A stretch of 64,000 bases of DNA from an uncultured Desulfobacter sp. (GCA_963665095.1 OY762069.1:3168001-3232000), one strand, 5' to 3'. Counted from the first letter of the stretch, positions 44,791-55,870 are shown. Translations and numbers: made by a program. The notes: generated by a model not told the origin, from the sequence alone.

Positions 44791-47700
44791 TTATTGTAAT
44801 GGGCCTGATGATATGGACTTAACAAAATCTGACAGGCGGGCAAGCTCACTTTCAAGACGGTCCAGCAGCCCCTCCCCGTCATAAAAAACTTTGGCAGACG
44901 CCGCCTGTTCAAGCTGATAGCTTGCGGCAAACAGGTCCTGGGCAATGAGATTGGCGGCGGCCCCTTTAATGGAATGCGATTCTCTCATAATGGTGTCGGT
45001 GTCATTATCCTGCAGGGCCTGGCGCATTAATTTTACCTGTTTTTCAGCGTTTGCCAGAAACCCTGTGATCACCTCCAGCAGAAACGCCTCATCACTGCCA
45101 AACTCTTCAAGGGCTTTTCGATAATCCAGGGGCTGGTCACCATGGATCAGGCCATGGTCCTTAACCATGGCGCCGTCCTGGCTTTCAGCGTCTGCCTCCA
45201 GAGCCGCTTCGGTCGGGCCTGTTTCTTCTGGAGAGGTCCAGCGCCGGACCATTTCCAGCAGGTCCTTGCGTTTTAATGGTTTGGTGATAAAATCATCCAT
45301 TCCCGCGGCCAGGCATTTCTCCCGGTATCCTCTTAAGGCATGCGCTGTCATTGCAATGATGGGAACGGAAACACCCTTTGCCGTCTGTGTTTCAAAATTA
45401 CGGATGGCATCCGTGGCCTGGTACCCGTCCATTTCCGGCATCTGAATATCCATCAGAACAATATCATAGGCATTGTTTTTAAAGGCCTCCACCGCCTGTC
45501 TCCCGTTTTCAGCCAGATCCACGGAACACCCGGCACTTCTCAGATGGCTTAGGGCAATTTCCTGGTTGGTGGGATAGTCTTCCACCAAAAGTATCCTGGC
45601 CGTCTGCCGCCGGGCTTCCAACAGTGTGTGCCGGGTAACCAGCCGGGTCTCCTCAAAACGCGATTTGGGCGGGAATCCCATGATGGCCTGGATGGCGTTA
45701 TACAGCTCGCTTTTGCGGACAGGTTTGGTCAGGTACCCCTGGATGCCGATTTCTCTGCACGCCTTGCCATCCCCCCGTCGCCCCACCGAAGACAGAATCA
45801 GAATCGGTACGGATCCTATCCCGGGGGTTGTCCTGATATCCCGGGCCAGGTCCAGCCCGCTTTGCCCCGGCATTTGATAGTCTGCGAGAATGAGATCGTA
45901 AGGCGCGTCCAAAGCAAGGGCCTCAATCATTTGGGCAAGTGCCAGCCGGGAATCCTCAATTTCAGAAGGAACAGATCCCCAGTGCTTGAGATACTCTTTC
46001 AGAATAAACCGGTTGCTGGGCATATTGCTGACAATTAAAACCTTCAGCCCGTCCAGGCTGACAACCTTTTTAGCCGCCTTTTTATCCTGTTTCGCCTTAA
46101 CGCGCTGGAAAAATACGTTAAAACTGAATGTACTTCCCTTTCCCTCAACACTGTCGAGCGTAATCCGCCCCCCCATGATTTCAACCAGCTGCTTGCAAAT
46201 GGTGATGCCAAGGCCGGTGCCGCCGTATTTTCTGGTGGTGGAACCGTCCACCTGGGTAAAACTGTCAAAAATAGTATGTTGTTTGTCCGGTGAGATACCA
46301 ATACCTGTATCCGTGACAGAGCATCGAATTTCTATGTCACCGCCCTTCTCCACACCAGTCTCCACCTTCAAAAAAATCTCCCCCTCGTGGGTAAATTTCA
46401 CTGCGTTTCCCGTCAGGTTCAACAAAATCTGCCGCAGCCGCCCGGGATCGCCAATGACGCTCTCCGGCATATCGTTGGAGATAAAGGTGACCACCTCCAG
46501 CCCCTTTCGTTCCGCCTGCCAGGTAAGACTGCAGGCCAGATCCTCCACCAGCACCCGAATATTGAAAGGGATCATTTCAAGTTCCAGCATGCCGGCCTCA
46601 ATCTTTGAAAAATCAAGAATGTCGTTTACAATTCTTAACAGGGAATCCGCCTCTGTGCTGATGACCTGGATGGTATTCCGGGCCTGGTAGTTCAAATCAC
46701 TGTCCATGGCCAGCTCCGCCATCCCGATAATCCCGTTTAACGGTGTGCGGATCTCGTGGCTCATGTTGGCCAGGAAATCACCTTTGGCTTTGCTGGCCGC
46801 CTCTGCCATCACCGTTGCCTTTTTGAGTTCCTCATTGGACTGCTTGAGTTCAAAGGTCCGGTCCTCCACCCGCTGCTCAAGTTCAAGATGAATCTGCTGA
46901 AGCGCTTCTTCTGCTTTTTTCCGCTCCTCAATCTCCTGGGTCAGTTTTTGATTTGTTCTGACCTGATCCGCCATCAGCCGGGATTTTGTTTTGTCCGCTG
47001 CTGACAAAGAGACCGCCATTTCATTAAAAGAACGCGCCAGTCTGCCGATCTCGTCCCAAGAATAAACATTAATGTGCTGGTCCAGTTCCCCCTGGCGAAT
47101 GGCTTCAGCGCCTCGGGTAAGACGCTGCAGCGGCTGAAGCATCCGGAAAATATAAAAACTGAGCACCAGCAACAGCAGCAGGTCAAGGGCCGCCGTGGAT
47201 ATGAACAGGATACGCTTGTTTTCCTTTACCACACGTTCAATCAACCCCCATGTCTGTTCGTTGAAATGAGTGACAGTTTCCATCTGCCGGGTGATGCTTT
47301 TTTCGATATTGGTCTTTGAGACCATGGCGGCCTTGTGAAAATCTTTTACATTGGCACCCAGTGTCACATACCCGAATCCCAGCCCGGACTGCCCATATTG
47401 TCCGGTATAATAGGGAATGGCGGCATAGGTGGTCAGTTTCCAAAGCCCGCTCCAAAAAATCAGAAAGGAGCCGGAACCACCCTTCTGCGCCCCCCTGATC
47501 CACCCCTGGCACTGGGGCGCCATATCCAGCACTTTACAGCACAGCGGAATCCGGCCGGATTGGATCTGTTCCCGGGCTGGTTTTTTCTTAAAGCTGAAAT
47601 CCCTGAAAGGCGGAAGATTCTGGATAAAATCATCCAGCACTAAGCCGCTTTTCATATATTCATCATAGGTCTGCTGGCTCAGCCAGCCCGGCACTTTTCT

Positions 47701-48756
47701 GCCGGTGTCAGGATCAAACCCGTATATAAAAAAATCCCGGGGATGCGAAATACACTGCCCCTGATTATCCCACAGCCAGGCATAATTCCCGGAACCGGCA
47801 TCAGAGATATCTGAGAACCGCTCTTCAGTGGGGACCACATGATCCGTGAATTCCATGATATGGGTATGGTCCAGGGCCATTGTCACGTACCCTGTTTTTA
47901 CCCCCTTCTCGTCATATACCGGCGTTGCCCACCGGACAATTCCTTCAAACCGCTTTCCACCTGGATTTTCCTTGCCCGCGTACGCGCTTTCAGGTGCAAT
48001 GTCAACGCCCTGGGAAGTGAGCTCAAGCCAGCCCGGTGTATAGGCGCCAATCACATTGGAGACATAAATATCCCCCTGCCCCAGGGTCCCCAGGGTCTGA
48101 AAATAATCCTCCGCCCGGCAATAGGTGTTTCTTTTATCGCTGATGTCTCTCAAATCAGTGGAAATCTTTCCGTCAGTAATTTTAATCTGCTCTTTGCCGG
48201 TAAGATCCACCAGGGTGATCTCCCGGTATAAGGGCCGCAACTCGGTTTTAAATCCCAGCGGGGGACAATTTCGCCACGACTTTTTATTGTCAGGATTTTC
48301 CCACTCAACAGGGGGCTGTTCAGGGGGGCGGGTATTCCGTGGCCAGGGTCCGGGGATCACAACCTGTCGTTGATGAAGCCTGTACACCAGTTGATACGCC
48401 TTTGGCTCAGGCCGCATGCATGCCAGCGTAAGAAGGTCCTGATCTCTTTCATAAAGAAAATCCGCCAGCCGCATCGCCAGTTCCTGGGTCCTTAACTCAA
48501 TGGCCTCTGTGGATTTCTCATCCAGCCCCCGCACACTGTCCTTAATAGCTGATTCGCTGATTTGCTTTTCTGAGAACAGGTAGCTTTTACCCATCTCTTC
48601 AACCCGCTGGATAATCTGGGCATCGGTATTTTCTAATTTTCTACTGACAGCCTGATATAACAGGAACAGATGGGCGATCAATAAAATGGTTACCAAAATA
48701 ATAACTTTGGAAAGTAACCTTAATCGGATCTTGCGTTTTTGTACATCAATGACCAT
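44791..48756 (-). CDS. Hybrid sensor histidine kinase (extracytoplasmic sensor, HAMP, HisKA, HATPase, two receivers, HPt)
   Basis: MSHEIRTPLN, GGTGLG, two receiver domains, HSIKGAA. Confidence 0.95.
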   Translation of the reverse strand: MVIDVQKRKIRLRLLSKVIILVTILLIAHLFLLYQAVSRKLENTDAQIIQRVEEMGKSYLFSEKQISESAIKDSVRGLDEKSTEAIELRTQELAMRLADFLYERDQDLLTLACMRPEPKAYQLVYRLHQRQVVIPGPWPRNTRPPEQPPVEWENPDNKKSWRNCPPLGFKTELRPLYREITLVDLTGKEQIKITDGKISTDLRDISDKRNTYCRAEDYFQTLGTLGQGDIYVSNVIGAYTPGWLELTSQGVDIAPESAYAGKENPGGKRFEGIVRWATPVYDEKGVKTGYVTMALDHTHIMEFTDHVVPTEERFSDISDAGSGNYAWLWDNQGQCISHPRDFFIYGFDPDTGRKVPGWLSQQTYDEYMKSGLVLDDFIQNLPPFRDFSFKKKPAREQIQSGRIPLCCKVLDMAPQCQGWIRGAQKGGSGSFLIFWSGLWKLTTYAAIPYYTGQYGQSGLGFGYVTLGANVKDFHKAAMVSKTNIEKSITRQMETVTHFNEQTWGLIERVVKENKRILFISTAALDLLLLLVLSFYIFRMLQPLQRLTRGAEAIRQGELDQHINVYSWDEIGRLARSFNEMAVSLSAADKTKSRLMADQVRTNQKLTQEIEERKKAEEALQQIHLELEQRVEDRTFELKQSNEELKKATVMAEAASKAKGDFLANMSHEIRTPLNGIIGMAELAMDSDLNYQARNTIQVISTEADSLLRIVNDILDFSKIEAGMLELEMIPFNIRVLVEDLACSLTWQAERKGLEVVTFISNDMPESVIGDPGRLRQILLNLTGNAVKFTHEGEIFLKVETGVEKGGDIEIRCSVTDTGIGISPDKQHTIFDSFTQVDGSTTRKYGGTGLGITICKQLVEIMGGRITLDSVEGKGSTFSFNVFFQRVKAKQDKKAAKKVVSLDGLKVLIVSNMPSNRFILKEYLKHWGSVPSEIEDSRLALAQMIEALALDAPYDLILADYQMPGQSGLDLARDIRTTPGIGSVPILILSSVGRRGDGKACREIGIQGYLTKPVRKSELYNAIQAIMGFPPKSRFEETRLVTRHTLLEARRQTARILLVEDYPTNQEIALSHLRSAGCSVDLAENGRQAVEAFKNNAYDIVLMDIQMPEMDGYQATDAIRNFETQTAKGVSVPIIAMTAHALRGYREKCLAAGMDDFITKPLKRKDLLEMVRRWTSPEETGPTEAALEADAESQDGAMVKDHGLIHGDQPLDYRKALEEFGSDEAFLLEVITGFLANAEKQVKLMRQALQDNDTDTIMRESHSIKGAAANLIAQDLFAASYQLEQAASAKVFYDGEGLLDRLESELARLSDFVKSISSGPLQ

Positions 48757-48802
48757 AGGAAAACATATATCCTTTTGTTTCGGGAATTCTTAACTTTGGG
48801 TT

Positions 48803-48840
48803 TCTGATACTAAGTATAGAATCTGATACTAAGTATAGAA
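48803..48840. repeat. Perfect tandem duplication of a 19-bp unit
   Basis: TCTGATACTAAGTATAGAA x2. Confidence 0.9.
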
Positions 48841-48963
48841 TAAGTTGCGATTTTTACAAGGCACGCATAAAAACGGATTCCGGCCAATGTCCGGCATCGT
48901 AATAATCATGGTGATCCGGCAGGAATTATTTTGCAAAATGTGATAGGGAATACGGGATGTTAC

Positions 48964-50295
48964 CTAATTTCGTTCCTTTGCGCTCTGCTTAATAGCCAGC
49001 CACGCCTCAAGTCGCTGTTTCACGGTTCGCTCATATCCTCTGGATGTGGGAAAATAGAATCGTGCTTCTGCAAGTTCTTCCGGCAGATAGGACTGGGGCG
49101 CATACCCGTCTTTGTAGTCATGGGCGTATTTGTATCCGCTGCCGTACCCCATCTGTTTCATCAGTTTTGTGGGCGCGTTGCGGATGTGCATGGGGACCGG
49201 GAGGGACCCGTGCTTTTTGACCGCCTCCTGAATCTGGTGCTGGGCCGCATAGACGGCATTGCTTTTAGGGGCTGTGGCAAGATAGACAGCCGCCTGGTAC
49301 AAGGACCCGTCGCCCTCGGGCCTGCCAAGTCTGCGAAAGGAGGCATCTGCCGCCATCACCATGGTCAGGGCGCCGGGATCGGCAAGCCCGACATCCTCGG
49401 TGGCCAGCCGGATCATCCTGCGAAGGATATAGATAGGATCATCCCCTGCGGCCAGCATCCGCTCCATCCAGTACATGGCCCCATCCGGGTCACTTCCCCG
49501 AAGGCTTTTGATGAAGGCGGAAATCAGGTTAAAATGCTCCTCCCCGGCCTTATCATGCCGCAGGGCTTTTTTAGCGGCCATGGCCTCGATATCTGCCACA
49601 TCCAGAGGCGCGCTGCCTTTCCGGTTCAGCACACAGGTCTCAAGGCTGGTCAGGGCAAACCGGGCATCTCCATCTGACACGGCAGCAATGTAAGCAAACG
49701 CCTCCGGCGTCAGGGTCTCCAAAGCAAGGCCCAACCCTTTATCTGAATCTGTCAAACCCCTCTTTAAAATCCTGACCAGGGCATCATCACTCAAACTTTT
49801 CAGGGTAAAGACCCGGCATCGGGACACAAGGGCCGGATTGACCTCAAAGGAGGGGTTTTCCGTGGTGGCACCAATCAGGGTGATCAGGCCGTTTTCCACA
49901 TGGAAAAGAAAGGCATCCTGCTGGGATTTATTAAACCGGTGAATTTCGTCCACGAAAAGCAGGGTCCGCTTCCGGTGAAGCCGCTGCCGCTCCTTGGCCT
50001 GCTCAATAATCTGTCTGACCTCTTTAACCCCGGACAGCACTGCAGAAATGGTCACGCACTCGTTTTTTGTCTGTTTGGCAATCACATTGGCCAAAGTGGT
50101 TTTCCCGCATCCGGGTGGGCCCCACAGGATCATGGAAAATACCCGGTCATTGGACACGGTCTGTTCGAGCAAAGAGCCCTTGGCCGTAATATGCTCCTGG
50201 CCCATGACCTCTTCGAGACGTTCGGGTCGCATGCGGTCCGCTAAAGGGGCGGTTTTGTGAATGTCCTGCCCGGATGTCTGGTCAAACAGGTCCAT
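48964..50295 (-). CDS. rarA: Replication-associated recombination protein A (MgsA)
   Basis: [34 protein letters not shown]. Confidence 0.96.
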   Translation of the reverse strand: MDLFDQTSGQDIHKTAPLADRMRPERLEEVMGQEHITAKGSLLEQTVSNDRVFSMILWGPPGCGKTTLANVIAKQTKNECVTISAVLSGVKEVRQIIEQAKERQRLHRKRTLLFVDEIHRFNKSQQDAFLFHVENGLITLIGATTENPSFEVNPALVSRCRVFTLKSLSDDALVRILKRGLTDSDKGLGLALETLTPEAFAYIAAVSDGDARFALTSLETCVLNRKGSAPLDVADIEAMAAKKALRHDKAGEEHFNLISAFIKSLRGSDPDGAMYWMERMLAAGDDPIYILRRMIRLATEDVGLADPGALTMVMAADASFRRLGRPEGDGSLYQAAVYLATAPKSNAVYAAQHQIQEAVKKHGSLPVPMHIRNAPTKLMKQMGYGSGYKYAHDYKDGYAPQSYLPEELAEARFYFPTSRGYERTVKQRLEAWLAIKQSAKERN

Positions 50296-51758
50296 TAGAA
50301 TGCGTTCTTCCGGTCCCGTTCACGTTTTTTGCGGCTCTGTTCCTTGCGCTGCTTGGCCCGCTTGTCTGTGATCTTTTGCTTTTTGGCCTGGATGCGCCGG
50401 AACTCTTTGGTGTTACCGGTAAATTCCATTTTCCCGGTTTTTTCCCGGAAATAGAGCTTGATGGGGGTCAGGGTCAACGGCACCATCTGGCGCAGCTGGT
50501 TGACAAGGTAGCGTTTATAAGAGAAGTGAACCGCATTGGGATAGTTGACAAAACAGACAAAGGTGGGTGGTTTGACTGCCACCTGGGAGGAATAAAAAAA
50601 CTTAAGCCTGCGCCCCTTGTGCAAAGAGGGCTCCTCCCGGTAGACCGCATCCTCAACGATCCGGTTCACCATGCCGGTGTTCACGCGGTGGCTGTACTCC
50701 TTGAACACCTTTTCCACTTCATCAAAAATCTTGTGGCAGCGCTGGCCGGTCTTGGCGGAGATGGTGATGGCCGGGGCAAAAGATAAAAACCGGGCCTTGT
50801 CCCGCAGTTCTTTCATAAAAGCCTGCTGACCCTTTTCCGATTTGTCCACAAGATCCCATTTATTGAGCAGAAAAATGGCGCCGCACCCTCTTTTTTCCGC
50901 ATACCCTGCAATGGTGACATCCTGTTCCGTGATCCCTTCGGAACAGTCAATGAGAATCAGGGCCACATCACAGTCTTCCATGCTGTCCAGGGCCTTGATT
51001 ACGGAAAACTTTTCAAGCTTGTCCTTGACCTTGCCCTTGCGGCGGATCCCGGCCGTATCCTTTAATACAAAGGTGCGGTCCTTGCGGGTAACAGTAAGCT
51101 CAATGGCATCCCGTGTGGTCCCGGCCGCTTCATTGACCACCACGCGCTGCTCACCGAAAAGCCGGTTGGCAAGAGAGGATTTCCCCACATTGGGCCGGCC
51201 GATAATGGCAATGCGGATGGGGGCGTTGTCATCATCTTCGCCTTCAGCCAGATCATCAGACTCAGGAAAATCCGCCACCAGATCGGAAAGAAAGTCCCCT
51301 ACCCCCAGGCCATGCTCGGCAGAGACTTTGTAAAACCGGTCCACGCCCAGGGTAAAAAATTCGCCCAGGTCATGTTCCTGCTGCTGCAGGCTTTCAATCT
51401 TATTGATCAGGTAAAACACCTGTTTTTCCGTCCGGCGCAGGATATCGGCAAGCTCCCGGTCATAGGGGGAGAGCCCGGCCCGGCCGTCCAGAATAAATAC
51501 CAGGGCATCGGCCTGGTCCACGGCGGCCAGCAGCTGGTCCTTAATCTGGGAGGCAAAGGTGTCGTCATCCGTGCTTAAAAAGCCGCCGGTATCCACCAGG
51601 GTAAACGCCTTATCATCCCACAGCGCATCGGCATACTGCCGGTCCCGGGTGACACCGGGCATATCATCCACCAGGGCCTGACGGGACCGTGTAATCCTGT
51701 TAAACAGGGTGGATTTTCCAACATTGGGCCGGCCCACAAGGGCCACAACCGGTTTCAT
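50295..51758 (-). CDS. der: Ribosome biogenesis GTPase Der
   Basis: Two GRPNVGKS G-domains and KH-like C-terminal domain. Confidence 0.97.
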   Translation of the reverse strand: MKPVVALVGRPNVGKSTLFNRITRSRQALVDDMPGVTRDRQYADALWDDKAFTLVDTGGFLSTDDDTFASQIKDQLLAAVDQADALVFILDGRAGLSPYDRELADILRRTEKQVFYLINKIESLQQQEHDLGEFFTLGVDRFYKVSAEHGLGVGDFLSDLVADFPESDDLAEGEDDDNAPIRIAIIGRPNVGKSSLANRLFGEQRVVVNEAAGTTRDAIELTVTRKDRTFVLKDTAGIRRKGKVKDKLEKFSVIKALDSMEDCDVALILIDCSEGITEQDVTIAGYAEKRGCGAIFLLNKWDLVDKSEKGQQAFMKELRDKARFLSFAPAITISAKTGQRCHKIFDEVEKVFKEYSHRVNTGMVNRIVEDAVYREEPSLHKGRRLKFFYSSQVAVKPPTFVCFVNYPNAVHFSYKRYLVNQLRQMVPLTLTPIKLYFREKTGKMEFTGNTKEFRRIQAKKQKITDKRAKQRKEQSRKKRERDRKNAF

Positions 51759-51856
51759 ATCTGCATCTCCCGGACATCTTGAATGGGGTTAATAAATCCG
51801 GGTATTATACACCAATGAACCAATTTAATGAATATGGGAAATTTGTATAATAATAT

Positions 51857-52219
51857 TTGAACTGCCTGCAGATCATGCCTGAGACATTTGAAGAGATTAA
51901 ATATAAAAATGCATCAATAAAGGGGTCTTCCCAGCAGCCGAAATGGAATATAGCCGCCGGTATCTGCTATGACCGTGCCATCTGGAAAATCTGGAAGGCC
52001 AAAAGGCCGTTTACAGATAAACTTGGCTTTATGTTCGGTTCCTACAATGCCGGTAAAGGCAATATTCTTAAAGCCCAGAAGCTTGCGGAAAAAAACGGCA
52101 TGAACCCCAACCTGTGGGGCTCAATAAAAAAAACACTGCCGAAGGTAACAGGCAGCCACAGTAAAGAAACCATTGGATACGTGGATAAAATTAACAAGGT
52201 AAAAGAGGTCTTAAAATAA
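51857..52219 (+). pseudogene. 5'-truncated SLT-family lytic transglycosylase fragment
   Basis: Begins at LQIMPETF, retains NIAAG, SYNAG, ETIGYV; the catalytic ES motif and signal peptide are absent. Confidence 0.7.
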
Positions 52220-52530
52220 TGGAAGCAGGCATCATTATTGCCAATTTTTTATATGCCGTATTCGGGGCGATCCTTACGCTGATCTTTATGCTGGCAGGGT
52301 TCAAACTCTTTGACCGCATGACCCCGTTTGACACATCAAAACAATTGTCCGACAATAATATTGCCGTGGGCATTGTTGTCGGTTCCATTTTCATTGGGCT
52401 TGGTATTGCCGTGGGGCTTGTTATCGGCATGGGGCTTTTGTACTTTTATTGCGGGCCAAATCACAATGCCCCCCGTCACCCCATGGCTGTGATACAGACC
52501 AGACCATCGCACATCGCATTTTTTTCGTAA
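52219..52530 (+). CDS. DUF350-like small membrane protein with probably non-native C-terminal tail
   Basis: FDRMTPF...NNIAVGIV motif between two hydrophobic helices; tail overlaps the convergent gene. Confidence 0.7.
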   Translation: MEAGIIIANFLYAVFGAILTLIFMLAGFKLFDRMTPFDTSKQLSDNNIAVGIVVGSIFIGLGIAVGLVIGMGLLYFYCGPNHNAPRHPMAVIQTRPSHIAFFS

Positions 52531-52952
52531 CTTCCTGTCAGGTAGACCTTGTCAGCCGGCCTGGCATATCGGATGTAAAAATGAAAGTCCCGAAGCCTGG
52601 AATAAAAGTGGGAAAACACCAGCTTATCGGTTTCCAGATTGACCCGGCATTGATTGAGCAGGTGAAAGACACCTGCGGCATGATGAACCATCAGATAAAA
52701 ACAGGCAGCTGACAGGTATTTGCAGTTTATCTGTCTGTACAGTTCCGGATAAAATCTGGAGACATAGAGGCTGTCTGAAAAAACTTCATGGGAAACGATC
52801 AGCGCTTTTGAAATCTGTATTCCTGTCTGCCTGTCGCAAAGAAAATATTCCATACAGGTGTCATCCCTGGAAAAGGTGAGTATATAACGATTGTTCAGTT
52901 TGGGAATCTGCTGACTTAAAAAATCATTGTTTTCGGTTTCTGCTATGATCAT
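52476..52952 (-). CDS. Hypothetical protein (possibly divergent GNAT fold)
   Basis: 158-aa ORF from ATG 52952 with GAGG upstream, 13 nt after the preceding gene. Confidence 0.65.
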   Translation of the reverse strand: MIIAETENNDFLSQQIPKLNNRYILTFSRDDTCMEYFLCDRQTGIQISKALIVSHEVFSDSLYVSRFYPELYRQINCKYLSAACFYLMVHHAAGVFHLLNQCRVNLETDKLVFSHFYSRLRDFHFYIRYARPADKVYLTGSYEKNAMCDGLVCITAMG

Positions 52953-52965
52953 TTTAAACGTCCTC

Positions 52966-54156
52966 TTAACCCTGCCTGGGAATTCGGCACAGGCATGAAT
53001 CCCCGTTGAAACCAAATTGTTCATACCATTTACGCAGCACATTGAAGTCCCTGTTCGAACCGTTGTCGTCAGGGCTGATAGCGGGATTCACACTGAGTCG
53101 GACATTAAAACAGTCGGCTTTCCGGCACAACTCCAGAAGCATCAGTGTACCGTTGCCACTTTTGAGAACAAAGGCCTTCAGATAATGGATGTGCACGGTT
53201 TTATTCGGGGAAACGACTTCATTCAAGGCGATGGCGCCAATGGGTATTCCATAAACATTTTGAAACACAAACGAATGGATCTGTGAATGGTTTTCAGCAG
53301 AATCATGCCCGGCAAGACGGCTTATGTACTTCCCATAAAAATAATCAATGTATTCCTGTTCCCGGGTTACAAATACCGCCTGGTCAGGCCTATCTGAATG
53401 CCCCCCTGAAAACAGATTATTATCAGCGGATTGTCCCTGTGACGATTCAATCTTCAACGAAGTATTTACATTTAAGATATCCTGCCCTGAAAGCCACAAC
53501 GGCAAGGGATTGGTTGTTTTCAGGCAGTTGAAGACCGCCTGTGTCATTTCAAATGGAGTCGTCTCAAGTTTCAGCTGCCTGCCAAAATCAGCAAAAAGCG
53601 ATCTGGAGGATTCAAATACAAGGTTTCTGGCAGATGAGGCTTCAATTTCATCGTCAAATGTTCCGGAATCAAAAATCTTTTTACAAAGAGATGAATCCAT
53701 GCTGTTCCATGCACGGCAGATAAAAGGACGGACCGGATAAATGCTGCACATCCCGTTTTCCAAGAAAATACAGGGCAGTTCATTCTTGATTAAAAAAAGG
53801 CTGCTAAGGGATTTTTCCCGAGTTCGTTGAAGTCGCTGGTCAATTCTGTCCATGAGCAGGAAAATTTGCTTTCCTGTAAAACAGTCACTGAGAAAGGACA
53901 GGATAAACAAGGTTTCAATGGGCAGCACATGTATCTGGGAATGGCAGCAGTAACTGCAACCTGGTCCACATGCCACCCCAGGGCTTTGATTCGAACTTTC
54001 AAGGGCGTCAACAATATCATGGGAATATGCCATGACGTCTTTTAAGACGTTAAGCACCGCGTTATTGATAAAACTGTTGTAAATTTTCTCCCGGAACTGG
54101 TCTGCCAGAATATCTTTGAATGGATTCCGGCATGAATCGCCCATGATTGCTGTCAT
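52966..54156 (-). CDS. YkgJ/UPF0153-like Cys-cluster protein fused to a GNAT-like C-terminal domain
   Basis: CGPGCSYCC, CIFL...CSIYPVRPFICR; C-terminal GNGT..L..L and LRKWYEQFGF. Confidence 0.75.
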   Translation of the reverse strand: MTAIMGDSCRNPFKDILADQFREKIYNSFINNAVLNVLKDVMAYSHDIVDALESSNQSPGVACGPGCSYCCHSQIHVLPIETLFILSFLSDCFTGKQIFLLMDRIDQRLQRTREKSLSSLFLIKNELPCIFLENGMCSIYPVRPFICRAWNSMDSSLCKKIFDSGTFDDEIEASSARNLVFESSRSLFADFGRQLKLETTPFEMTQAVFNCLKTTNPLPLWLSGQDILNVNTSLKIESSQGQSADNNLFSGGHSDRPDQAVFVTREQEYIDYFYGKYISRLAGHDSAENHSQIHSFVFQNVYGIPIGAIALNEVVSPNKTVHIHYLKAFVLKSGNGTLMLLELCRKADCFNVRLSVNPAISPDDNGSNRDFNVLRKWYEQFGFNGDSCLCRIPRQG

Positions 54157-54314
54157 ACACCCTCTCCAATGTAAGACAGAGAGGATTCTGTAGCTAACCA
54201 AAAGGCTATCTGAGCTTACTCAATGATTAATGATAAAACCCGACGGCAGACCATAGAAAATTACACCCTGCGTCAATACATCATTCCATAAGCATATAGA
54301 CCTTCTGGGGGATA

Positions 54315-54408
54315 AAAACAATTACCCGACAACAATATTTCAGTGGGCATTGTGGCTGGCGCCCTTTTCATTGGGCCTGGTATTGCCCTGGGGCTTTTCA
54401 TCGGCATG
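54315..54408 (+). repeat. Diverged second copy of the DUF350 gene 3' end (pairs with 52338-52431)
   Basis: Ungapped 94-bp alignment, 79/94 identical by manual count. Confidence 0.9.
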
Positions 54409-54446
54409 ATGAGAGACAGCCCCAGGTTTCCCCTTTATCTTCGCGA

Positions 54447-55628
54447 TTACAATTGCCCCACCGCATCTGAAAGCTTTTTGATGGCAATTTCAATGGTGGC
54501 TTCATCAATCATGGTGTAGTTCAGCCGCATGGTCCCGACGCCCTTTGAAGGATCTGTATAGAAAAACCTTCCCGGCACAAAGGCCACACCGTTTTCAACG
54601 GCTTTTTCATACAAAACCAGCTCATCCAGCCCCTTTGGGCCTGTAACCCATAAAAACATGCCCCCCTGGGACGGGGCACAGATAAAATCTTTGGGCATGA
54701 ATTTCTCCAAGGCCGCCTGCATGGCTTTCTGCCTGGGCCGGTATAGATCAATGATCTTTGGCAGGTGGGCCTCAAGATATCCCCCTTCCAGATAAACAGC
54801 TGCCAGGGCCTGGTTAAAGGTGGAGGTGTGAAGATCCACCCCCTGCTTGACCAGCACCAGCCACTGCCGCAAAAATGCCGGTGCCGCGTAAAAGCCGATG
54901 CGAAGCCCCGGGGCAAACACCTTGGAGAGAGTGGAGACATAAATAACATTGTCCGGGGCCAGGGTTTTGATGGCCGGTACCGCCTGGCCCTGGTAACGAA
55001 GGGAAGAGTACGGATCATCCTCCACAAGCAGGGCATTGTACTTTTCAATAATGCCTGCAATCTGCTGCCGCCGCTCTAAAGGCAGGGTCCGGCCCGTGGG
55101 ATTCTGGAACGTGGGAACCAGATAAATCAGTTTGATCTTATGATTCTTCAAGGTCTCTTCCAGGGACTCTGGAATCAGGCCGAAGTCGTCCGTCTCCATG
55201 GATATGTACTCGGGCTCATAAGGGTTAAAAGCGGAGATAGCCCCAAGATAGGTGGGAGACTCCATGGCAACCTTATCCCCTTTGGAGATCAAAAGTTTGC
55301 CCAGGGCATCCAGGGTCCCCTGGGACCCGGAGGTGATATTGACTTCATCAGGTGGGGCTGTAATCCCGCGTTGTCCCAGAAGGCAGCTCACCTGTTCACG
55401 CAAAGGCAAAAACCCTTCGGTAAGATCATACTGGAAAGCTCCAGACTGATACTTTGCCAGCACCTTTTCCACCAGCACCCCAAAAAGGTCCATGGGAAAA
55501 CTTTGCGGGGAGGGAATCCCACCTGCAAGGGAAATGATCCCCGGCTTTGATACCACTTTTAAAATTTCCCGGATGGCATTGGTCTGCATAAGCCGGGTTC
55601 GGTCTGCCAGAAACGACTGATAATCCAT
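54447..55628 (-). CDS. PLP-dependent aminotransferase class I (LysN/MocR-type domain)
   Basis: SLAGGIP, FQNPTG, EDDPY, TLSK...PGLRIG; start placed at ATG 55628. Confidence 0.93.
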   Translation of the reverse strand: MDYQSFLADRTRLMQTNAIREILKVVSKPGIISLAGGIPSPQSFPMDLFGVLVEKVLAKYQSGAFQYDLTEGFLPLREQVSCLLGQRGITAPPDEVNITSGSQGTLDALGKLLISKGDKVAMESPTYLGAISAFNPYEPEYISMETDDFGLIPESLEETLKNHKIKLIYLVPTFQNPTGRTLPLERRQQIAGIIEKYNALLVEDDPYSSLRYQGQAVPAIKTLAPDNVIYVSTLSKVFAPGLRIGFYAAPAFLRQWLVLVKQGVDLHTSTFNQALAAVYLEGGYLEAHLPKIIDLYRPRQKAMQAALEKFMPKDFICAPSQGGMFLWVTGPKGLDELVLYEKAVENGVAFVPGRFFYTDPSKGVGTMRLNYTMIDEATIEIAIKKLSDAVGQL

Positions 55629-55870
55629 TTTTATTTCCTTTTCATCCTGCAAAGCGGCAAAACCCCAAACGCTGCATGCCACCACCTTTACAAATCTTTG
55701 ACCAAAATAACAGCCCGCCCATTTCTTTAACAGATACAGAATCAAAATATTCCAACCATAACAGATTCGCAGGAAAGGGGTCAGGTATTGAATTATCAGT
55801 TTCTGGGAAGTTAGGGCCAAATCTTGATTAGAAGCTATCTCAAAATAAATATTTTAGTTCAACCCGTTGC

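Noticed and set aside
48931..49677. 248-aa plus-strand ORF and similar long antisense ORFs over gyrA, the Fe-S oxidoreductase and the hybrid kinase
   Set aside because: Shadow frames of well-supported genes on the opposite strand.
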